From a virus (taxonomy: Duplodnaviria > Caudoviricetes): a stretch of 33,228 bases of DNA. The position numbers were made by a program, and so were the translations under genes. The notes beneath the pieces are model-generated. The model saw nothing but the letters and a program-made list of their open reading frames with translations, had not been told where the DNA came from and searched no databases. Each line of letters opens with the position of its first letter. Within the stretch, counting starts at the first letter, position 1. The stretch lies in IMG/VR virus record IMGVR_UViG_3300003375_000084, positions 1-33,228 of that record. One strand, written 5' to 3'. Positions 1 to 6,327 of this stretch are shown piece after piece.

Positions 1-247
1 ATGTTGTTTAGGGTTGGAAGACCGCAAGCCAAAGTTAATTAACTTACAAGTGATTGACCATCTTGAAGGCACATGGATTCCACTCTACACCCATCCAGCA
101 AAAGAATCAAAAGCAAAGGATAGGTTTTCTAACTATGAATCAATCTGCCTTCAATGTGGCACAACTATCTACAAACCAGCGTTCAAGACACTAACAGATG
201 AGGAAATAAGACAGATTGCCGTTGAATGTGGTTTTATAAATGGGTAA
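1..247 (+). CDS. Hypothetical phage protein, probably 5'-truncated by the window edge
   Basis: Frame is open from position 2 to TAA at 245-247. PLYTHP and LTDEEI motifs resemble small early phage proteins. Overlaps the next start. Confidence 0.6.
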   Translation, partial: CCLGLEDRKPKLINLQVIDHLEGTWIPLYTHPAKESKAKDRFSNYESICLQCGTTIYKPAFKTLTDEEIRQIAVECGFING

Positions 248-656
248 AGTATATAAACATTACAACGACTATACGGAGCAGAATGTTCTTAGTGCTATTG
301 GTACTACCCCTTTGCTTGGAACTTTGGGCTTTTATTGGAAAGATGGGTTGGATTACGAAACAGTTGACCCTGAAACTATTGAGGAGTTGATAGAGTTTAA
401 TACTGCTGAAGATATATACGATGTCGCAGAGTTTAAAGAAGTGATGAAAGATGTTTTAGATTCTTTAACTCGTAGAGAAAGAAAAGTATTAAGGTTGCGT
501 TTTGGTATTGGTATGAACCACGATTACACATTAGAAGAAGTTGCTAAACTTATGGATTTATCAAAGGAGCGTGTACGTCAGCTAGAAGCTAAAGCTTTAA
601 GAAAGATGCGACATTACAGCAGGACTTGTCAGTTAATAGATTACACAGATATATAG
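240..656 (+). CDS. Stand-alone sigma70 region-4 (RpoD C-terminal HTH) protein
   Basis: LDSLTRRERKVLRLRFGIGMNHDYTLEEVAKLMDLSKERVRQLEAKALRKMRHYSR aligns by eye with RpoD region 4 ([53 protein letters not shown]). Only 138 aa, no region 2. Confidence 0.9.
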   Translation: MGKVYKHYNDYTEQNVLSAIGTTPLLGTLGFYWKDGLDYETVDPETIEELIEFNTAEDIYDVAEFKEVMKDVLDSLTRRERKVLRLRFGIGMNHDYTLEEVAKLMDLSKERVRQLEAKALRKMRHYSRTCQLIDYTDI

Positions 657-664
657 GAAACAAA

Positions 665-841
665 ATGGTTGATTACACAGAATACTTACTAAGAGCAAAA
701 CGTCTAATACATGACGTTGAAATTTTAATGAATGAAAGACGTACAGAAGAAGCGTTCATGGCTCTTTATAACTTGCACGTAGAAATTAAGTTAATGGCTA
801 ATGCAATACGTACAGCAGAGGGTGGCATTTACCATGAATGA
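665..841 (+). CDS. Hypothetical protein (58 aa)
   Basis: ATG at 665 follows AGGA. Start moved from 626 in the ORF track. Stop overlaps the next gene. Confidence 0.65.
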   Translation: MVDYTEYLLRAKRLIHDVEILMNERRTEEAFMALYNLHVEIKLMANAIRTAEGGIYHE

Positions 842-1031
842 TAATGATTTGAGAGATTGTTTTGCGATGTTTGCTATGTGTGGAATTGTAAGTAGAGAAG
901 TAAGCGATTTAAGTCAAATACCATACTACGCAATAAACGCCTACAAAATGGCAGATGCCATGCTTGAAGCACGCAAACCAAAAGAAGAAACAGGTATAAC
1001 TGCAGTTAAACGAGTAAGGAAAACAAAATGA
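834..1031 (+). CDS. Small phage protein (LRDxFA...AYxMADAMLxAR type)
   Basis: ATG at 834 follows GAGGG. DLRDCFAMFAM...AYKMADAMLEAR pattern is common in small phage ORFs. Confidence 0.75.
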   Translation: MNDNDLRDCFAMFAMCGIVSREVSDLSQIPYYAINAYKMADAMLEARKPKEETGITAVKRVRKTK

Positions 1032-1171
1032 GTAGCTGGTTGATTGCAGTTATCGGGGTTGTATATCTTGTGGTTGCAGTAGATTTGTATCGTAAGGGTC
1101 AAGTGGGCTTATCAATTGCTTTTCTAGGCTACGCTTTGGGTAACGTAGGTTTATTTTTGGAGGCAAAATGA
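1028..1171 (+). CDS. Small two-TM membrane protein, 47 aa (not in ORF track)
   Basis: Hand translation: MSSWLIAVIGVVYLVVAVDLYRKGQVGLSIAFLGYALGNVGLFLEAK. ATGA overlaps at both ends; AAGGA upstream. Confidence 0.8.
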   Translation: MSSWLIAVIGVVYLVVAVDLYRKGQVGLSIAFLGYALGNVGLFLEAK

Positions 1172-1347
1172 GCACAATGACAAGAACAGAACTAGTTGAA
1201 ATACTAGAACAAGGGTTAAAAGCGTTTAAGTTATCAGGTGCTAATGCTCCTGACTACGAAGTTTTACCCGATGGGTCTGTGCTATTTCACTATATGCCAA
1301 CAGAAGAACTAGAAAGATACGTGGAGCAATTAAGAGGATATGAATAA
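1168..1347 (+). CDS. Hypothetical protein, 59 aa (not in ORF track)
   Basis: Hand translation: MSTMTRTELVEILEQGLKAFKLSGANAPDYEVLPDGSVLFHYMPTEELERYVEQLRGYE. GGAGG SD upstream; fills the gap between neighbours. Confidence 0.75.
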   Translation: MSTMTRTELVEILEQGLKAFKLSGANAPDYEVLPDGSVLFHYMPTEELERYVEQLRGYE

Positions 1348-1645
1348 ATTAGCCGATGCATTTGACAAATGGTGGAGGCAAGTTAAGAAGGACAAGGCTT
1401 GCAAACAAGCGGAAGATAAGGTAGCAGCAATTTTTATTAGCGGATGGAGGGCATGTGAAATGTCAATGAGAGATGGTGGTAAAGGTGATACACCAAGACC
1501 TTTGGGTGTGAGTATGGAAGAGTTTGACAAAAACTTTAACTTAGTCTTTGGTAAAAAAGAAAAAAAAGTTAGTAACATAAATGTTACTGTTGAAGCCGAC
1601 CAAGACGAACAACAAGTAACAGTAACTAAAACGTGGGAGTTTTAA
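1340..1645 (+). CDS. Hypothetical phage protein containing a DGGKGxxPRP module
   Basis: GAGGA SD, overlaps the previous stop. Possible in-frame internal start at 1460. Confidence 0.7.
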   Translation: MNKLADAFDKWWRQVKKDKACKQAEDKVAAIFISGWRACEMSMRDGGKGDTPRPLGVSMEEFDKNFNLVFGKKEKKVSNINVTVEADQDEQQVTVTKTWEF

Positions 1646-1646
1646 T

Positions 1647-1802
1647 ATGAAATGGATATGTATAATAGGTATAGTAATAGGATGCGCAGTATATTTAGCT
1701 TTTCCACCTAAAGCTTTTGCGGATATCATTATTATTCAAGGGCCAGGCGGCGTGCAAGAAGGCACAATTATTACGTTTCCAGCCCCGCCAACTTGGAAAT
1801 AA
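1647..1802 (+). CDS. Small exported or membrane-anchored protein, 51 aa (not in ORF track)
   Basis: Hand translation: MKWICIIGIVIGCAVYLAFPPKAFA-DIIIIQGPGGVQEGTIITFPAPPTWK. Signal-peptide-like N-terminus ending in A-x-A; GGGAG upstream. Confidence 0.7.
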   Translation: MKWICIIGIVIGCAVYLAFPPKAFADIIIIQGPGGVQEGTIITFPAPPTWK

Positions 1803-1804
1803 AA

Positions 1805-2491
1805 ATGACTAAAGTTACTTGGTCTTATAGCAGCTTAAAGACTTTCCAACAATGCCCTAAGAAGTATTACCACTTGAAGATTGCTAAAGATATTAAGCAG
1901 GAAGATACAGTGCATACAATTTATGGTAAGGAAGTTCATAAGGCAGCAGAAGATTATATTAAAGAGGGTACACCCGTACCTGAAAAATACTCTTATGTAT
2001 TAGAAACCCTTGATGCTTTGAAATCTATACCGGGCGAAAAGTACTGCGAGATTGAATTAGGAATAAGGAAAACTTCAGATGGTAAATATGTTACGTGCAG
2101 TTTTGATGATTCTAATTATTGGTGGCATGGTATCGCTGATTTGCTTATTGTAAACGGGGATGAAGCCTATTTAGTTGACTACAAGACTAGCAAAAATGCA
2201 AAGTATGCTGATACTAAGCAGTTAGATTACATGGCGTCGGCAGTATTTTTAAAGTTTCCACAAGTGCTGACAATTAAATCAGCCCTGATATTTGTAGTAA
2301 GTAAGGAGTTTGTTAAAAAAGAGCATAGTTCGATGCACAAATATGCCTACCTTACGTCAGTTGAACCTGACTTAAAACGGTTGGAAAAAGCCATAGAAAC
2401 AGGGGTATGGAATCCAGTAACAGGCCCATTATGTGGTTGGTGCCCAGTTAAATCATGCGTACATAATAAGGAAAAGAAATCGTGGAACTAG
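1805..2491 (+). CDS. PD-(D/E)XK exonuclease, Cas4/AddB-like, with four-Cys cluster
   Basis: WSYSSL..FQQCPKKYY, YCE, GIAD, VDYKT and C-terminal CGWCPVKSC. ATG at 1805 preferred. Confidence 0.85.
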   Translation: MTKVTWSYSSLKTFQQCPKKYYHLKIAKDIKQEDTVHTIYGKEVHKAAEDYIKEGTPVPEKYSYVLETLDALKSIPGEKYCEIELGIRKTSDGKYVTCSFDDSNYWWHGIADLLIVNGDEAYLVDYKTSKNAKYADTKQLDYMASAVFLKFPQVLTIKSALIFVVSKEFVKKEHSSMHKYAYLTSVEPDLKRLEKAIETGVWNPVTGPLCGWCPVKSCVHNKEKKSWN

Positions 2492-2820
2492 ATAATCAAG
2501 CACTAGATGCTGCTTTAATTTTGGAAGAAAAGCTAAAGGAGCGTGTAAAAACAGTCGTGCAATCGGTAGTAATTAACGTAATTGGCAAAGAAATTCATGC
2601 TGCCATAGAACGTGAAAAACAAGCTATGATAACGGAAATTACCCTTTCTATAGGAAAAGCTTTACAATCTATAGAGAAAGATGGGCGAGTACCCCTATGG
2701 GAAACTAACCCTTTTGTTACTAATATACCTGACTTCATTCCAGTAAATACTGAGGGTGAACCAATAGAAATAGTAGGAATGGAAAATGCCTTACAAGAAC
2801 CCAGCAGACCGCAAGTATAA
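2482..2820 (+). CDS. Hypothetical protein
   Basis: GTG start after AAGGA; 112-aa ORF overlapping both neighbours. Confidence 0.6.
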   Translation: MELDNQALDAALILEEKLKERVKTVVQSVVINVIGKEIHAAIEREKQAMITEITLSIGKALQSIEKDGRVPLWETNPFVTNIPDFIPVNTEGEPIEIVGMENALQEPSRPQV

Positions 2821-3079
2821 ACAAGCCGCTAAATACGAGGACTCACCCGAGCAAGTTAAAAACAGGGAAGCTCGTAACAAGGCACGTTCGGAACTAGCTA
2901 AAAAAGGTAAAGTAACTAAAGGCGATGGAAAAGATGTTGACCATATCAAACCCCTTAGTAAGGGGGGTGCAAACACTGAGGGTAATCTGCGGATTAAATC
3001 CGCAAGTGCAAACCGTTCTTTCAGCAGAAACTCAGACCACACAATCAAAAAGAACAAACCAAAAAATGGCGCAAATTGA
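2786..3079 (+). CDS. HNH endonuclease-like protein
   Basis: DGKDVDHIKPLSKGGAN..GNLR....ANRS beta-beta-alpha-metal motif. Confidence 0.85.
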   Translation: MPYKNPADRKYKQAAKYEDSPEQVKNREARNKARSELAKKGKVTKGDGKDVDHIKPLSKGGANTEGNLRIKSASANRSFSRNSDHTIKKNKPKNGAN

Positions 3080-4442
3080 AACTGACTACGACTGGCCAGG
3101 GCAATATAAACCGTTTAACCACCAAAAAATAACAGCAGCGTTTCTCACAGAACACCCAAAAGCATTTTGCTTTAACGAACAAGGTACAGGAAAAACCGCA
3201 TCAGTTATTTGGGCAGCGGACTACTTAATGAGTTTAGGGTTAGTTAAACGAGTTTTAGTTGTATGCCCCCTATCTATTATGAAATCCGCATGGCAGAACG
3301 ATTTGTTTAAGTTTGCGTGCCATCGTTCTTGCGACATAGCTTATGGGGATAAAAAGAAGCGCGCTAAAATTATTGAAAGTAGCGCTGAATTTATAATTAT
3401 TAACTTTGACGGCTTAGCTATTGTGCAAGAAGAAATAGCTGCGGGTGGGTTTGATTTAATTGTAGTGGATGAGGCAAGCGCATATAAAAACGTATCAACA
3501 GAGCGCTGGAAGATACTGCGGGATTTGTGTAAAGAGATTAAAGGTCTATGGATGCTTACAGGCACCCCAGCCGCACAGTCCCCAGTTGACGCCTATGGCC
3601 TTGCTAAACTAATCAACCCAGATGGAGTTCCTAAATTCTTTGGTTCTTTCCGTGACCAAGTTATGTATAAAGCAGGCATGTACCGTTGGGTTCCTAAATC
3701 CAATGCACAAGATGTAGTACACCAAGCACTGCAACCCGCTATCCGTTTTGAAAAGAACCAATGCTTAGATTTGCCCGATGTAACTTTTGTAGAACGTGAT
3801 GCACCCCTTACCCCCCAGCAAAAGAAGTATTACCAAAAGCTGAAGAACGATATGATTATCCAAGCTGCTGGTGAAGAAATCAGTTCGGCAAATGCTGCTA
3901 CAAGTATTAATAAATTGTTACAAATTTCAGGTGGTGCGGTATATACCGATACTAAAGAAGTTGTAGAGTTTGATGTATCTAACCGCTTACAAGTAGTTAA
4001 AGAAGTTATTGACGAGGCATCCCACAAAGTTCTCGTATTTGTGCCCTTCACGCATACCATAGAGCTGCTAAAAGAATATCTTACTAAACACGGGATTAAA
4101 AACGATACCATCAATGGGCAGGTTCCAGTAGCTAGGCGTAATACAATTATTCAGGACTTCCAAGATACTGATAATATTCAGGTTTTAATCATACAACCTC
4201 AGGCAGCATCACACGGGTTAACCCTAACCGCAGCTAATGTTATTATTTGGTATGCTCCTGTAATGAGTGTAGAAACATATCTACAAGCCAACGCCCGTAT
4301 CAATAGGCCAGGCCAAAAGAACCCTATGACTATTGTGCATATCAAGGGTAGCGAGGTAGAAAGCAGACTTTATAGGATGCTTAGCAACAACATAGACAAC
4401 CATACCCGTCTGATTGATTTATACCGCCAAGAAATAGAATAA
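3066..4442 (+). CDS. SNF2-family (SF2) helicase
   Basis: Motif I EQGTGKT, Ia VVCPLS, II VVDEAS, III LTGTP, V GLTLTAAN, VI QANARINRPGQ. ATG at 3066 preferred over 2925. Confidence 0.9.
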   Translation: MAQIETDYDWPGQYKPFNHQKITAAFLTEHPKAFCFNEQGTGKTASVIWAADYLMSLGLVKRVLVVCPLSIMKSAWQNDLFKFACHRSCDIAYGDKKKRAKIIESSAEFIIINFDGLAIVQEEIAAGGFDLIVVDEASAYKNVSTERWKILRDLCKEIKGLWMLTGTPAAQSPVDAYGLAKLINPDGVPKFFGSFRDQVMYKAGMYRWVPKSNAQDVVHQALQPAIRFEKNQCLDLPDVTFVERDAPLTPQQKKYYQKLKNDMIIQAAGEEISSANAATSINKLLQISGGAVYTDTKEVVEFDVSNRLQVVKEVIDEASHKVLVFVPFTHTIELLKEYLTKHGIKNDTINGQVPVARRNTIIQDFQDTDNIQVLIIQPQAASHGLTLTAANVIIWYAPVMSVETYLQANARINRPGQKNPMTIVHIKGSEVESRLYRMLSNNIDNHTRLIDLYRQEIE

Positions 4443-4446
4443 TTGT

Positions 4447-4474
4447 TTGACACAGTAAAGAAATATGGTATACT
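4447..4474 (+). promoter_or_regulatory. Sigma70-type promoter: TTGACA, 16-bp spacer, TATACT, with extended -10 TG
   Basis: TTGACA at 4447-4452, TG at 4466-4467, TATACT at 4469-4474, in an intergenic gap and followed by the AAGGAG SD of the gene at 4499. Confidence 0.85.
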
Positions 4475-4498
4475 AACAGCTCTGAAAAGGAGCATGTA

Positions 4499-4891
4499 AT
4501 GGAGCAAATATCAGCAGAAAAACTTGCAGACATCTATATAAAAATAAGAGATGCTAAGCAAGCTGAAGAGGAAAAGATGATGTCTAAGTTGGCGGAGTTT
4601 CAAGAGCAGCTAGATGTAATCTCAGAACAACTATTAGAGTTATGTAAGAGCCAAAATGCTAGCAGTATTAAAACTAAAGCGGGTACCGTAATTAAAAAGT
4701 TATCTACACGCTATTGGTCTACTGATTGGGATTCTATGCACAATTTTATTAAAGAACATGATGCTTTGGGTTTATTAGAGCAACGCATTCATCAAAGTAA
4801 TATGAAACAATTTTTAGAGGAAAATCCTGAACTGATGCCACCGGGAGTTCAGGTCGATAGAAAATATACCGTGGTAGTTAGAAGGAGCTAA
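4499..4891 (+). CDS. Phage replication-module protein, function unknown
   Basis: AAGGAG SD. N-terminal coiled coil, then TDWDSMHNFIKE and PPGV motifs. Confidence 0.8.
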   Translation: MEQISAEKLADIYIKIRDAKQAEEEKMMSKLAEFQEQLDVISEQLLELCKSQNASSIKTKAGTVIKKLSTRYWSTDWDSMHNFIKEHDALGLLEQRIHQSNMKQFLEENPELMPPGVQVDRKYTVVVRRS

Positions 4892-4892
4892 T

Positions 4893-5138
4893 ATGTCAGA
4901 AGCACAACAAGCAACACCAGAGCAAGAAGCAATGGCGCAAGCAATTCAGCAAGCGCAAAAACAAGCATATGAGGACATTCAAAGAAATGCCCAGCTTGAA
5001 GTTCAACTGCGTGGTAATTCTTTAAGCTTAGCGGTAGAAGCGCATAAGGAAAGCGTAGAGTATGTAGATGGAAAAGCTGAAGATATTACAAAAACAGCCG
5101 CAGTATTTTTAGAGTTCTTGAAAAAAGGAGAAGCATAA
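4893..5138 (+). CDS. Hypothetical Gln/Ala-rich helical protein
   Basis: GAAGGAG SD at 4881; abuts both neighbours. Confidence 0.75.
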   Translation: MSEAQQATPEQEAMAQAIQQAQKQAYEDIQRNAQLEVQLRGNSLSLAVEAHKESVEYVDGKAEDITKTAAVFLEFLKKGEA

Positions 5139-6029
5139 ATGGCTAATATTTCTATATTTAACCAAGAAGTACCATCGTTCTTACAAGGCGCTAATGGCCT
5201 TAATGATTTAACTAAATCGCTTGCTGGTAAGATTAGCAGTGGTGGCAAGCGTATTTCTATTCGTGGCGGTGTATTCCGTAAGATTGTAGGTGGAGAAGAA
5301 GTTGGTAAGATTACTAGTCGTGAGTTAAATGTAATTATTGTTAATGCAGCTAAGGGCGTATCCCGTATTTATTACGCTGGTAAATATGACCCAAATGCAA
5401 TCGTTCCCCCTACTTGTGTATCTAATGATGGCGTGCACCCCGATACTAAAGATGAAGGTCGTCAAAGCGATTCATGCGTAACATGCCCACAGAATATTGC
5501 TGGCTCTGGTAATGGCAATTCCCGTGCGTGTCGTTATACCCGTAAGATTGCAGTAATTTTAGAAGGCGATTCAACTGGTGATGTATATCAGCTACAACTC
5601 CCGTCTACTTCTATCTTTGGTAAAGGCGAAGGCAACGTACATCCGTTCGAAAGTTATATTAAATACGTAGCTGGTAATGGTCGTAACATTAATCAAATTG
5701 TTACACAGATTAGTTTGGATACAGATAGCGATACACCTAAGTTACTATTCTCCCCAGCACGTCATATCAATGAAGAAGAGTGGGCATTAGCGGCGGCGGC
5801 AGGTGATTCTTTAGAAGCTAAGAACGCTATTACTCTAACTGTTGCACAGACTGATGGCGTTAAAAAACCTGCATTATCTGCACCTGTTAAGAAGCCAGTA
5901 ACACAAATGGAGCCAGATGAAGAAGTTTCTGAGCCAACTAAACGTGCTACCAAAAAGGTTGAAGTACCCCCTCCGGCCGGAAAGAAAAGTTTAGGTGATG
6001 TAATCAATGCTTGGAGTGCGGTAGACTAA
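5139..6029 (+). CDS. Putative ssDNA-binding/annealing protein with Cys cluster
   Basis: AAGGAG SD. Beta-rich core with PTC..SDSCVTCPQN..RAC and a disordered C-terminal tail, located between helicase and primase. Function inferred from context. Confidence 0.55.
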   Translation: MANISIFNQEVPSFLQGANGLNDLTKSLAGKISSGGKRISIRGGVFRKIVGGEEVGKITSRELNVIIVNAAKGVSRIYYAGKYDPNAIVPPTCVSNDGVHPDTKDEGRQSDSCVTCPQNIAGSGNGNSRACRYTRKIAVILEGDSTGDVYQLQLPSTSIFGKGEGNVHPFESYIKYVAGNGRNINQIVTQISLDTDSDTPKLLFSPARHINEEEWALAAAAGDSLEAKNAITLTVAQTDGVKKPALSAPVKKPVTQMEPDEEVSEPTKRATKKVEVPPPAGKKSLGDVINAWSAVD

Positions 6030-6256
6030 TGAGTCAAGGCTACAGCGTAAAGCTGGTCCAGTTAAATAAGCAAGCCGATAAAAAGAAGCTTGGGGTAAAA
6101 CTTGGCAGGGAGTGTATACGGACTAGTATTTCTGTATCACAAGTTGCCAAGATTATCGGGGTTAGCCGAATGACTGTATATAATTGGTTCTCGGGTATTC
6201 ATGACCCGCAAGCAATATATGAACCTGCAATTCAAGGTTTATTAGACCGGCTTTAA
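6029..6256 (+). CDS. XRE/Cro-like HTH protein
   Basis: TAATG overlap with the upstream stop. ISVSQVAKIIGVSRMTVYNWFSG is a classic HTH. Confidence 0.85.
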   Translation: MSQGYSVKLVQLNKQADKKKLGVKLGRECIRTSISVSQVAKIIGVSRMTVYNWFSGIHDPQAIYEPAIQGLLDRL

Positions 6257-6270
6257 TTTAATAGTTTTGT

Positions 6271-6309
6271 ACATATGACGAGAGGACGCTAAACCCTCTC
6301 CGATTGTGT
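6271..6309 (+). promoter_or_regulatory. Intergenic stem-loop upstream of the primase-helicase
   Basis: GAGAGG (6280-6285) pairs with CCTCTC (6295-6300); outer ACATA/TGTGT arms pair with one G-U. Confidence 0.4.
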
Positions 6310-6327
6310 TCCTTTGAGAGATATAAG

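Noticed and set aside
1552-1568. A-rich run (AAAAAAGAAAAAAAAG) as a programmed frameshift site
   Set aside because: Explained by the Lys-rich KKEKK codons; no downstream stimulatory structure was noticed.
1805-2491. Cas4-like gene as evidence of a CRISPR system
   Set aside because: No repeat-spacer array or other cas genes in the window; solo Cas4-like nucleases are common phage replication genes.
2925-3065. Long N-terminal extension of the helicase given by the ORF track
   Set aside because: It overlaps the HNH gene extensively; ATG at 3066 gives a more plausible start.
2786-3079. HNH gene as an intron-encoded or mobile homing element
   Set aside because: It does not interrupt a gene, is short, overlaps its neighbours like an ordinary operon member, and no intron structure was seen.
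3460-3485. DEAS instead of DEAH in helicase motif II as a sign of inactivation
   Set aside because: The catalytic DE and all other SF2 motifs are intact.
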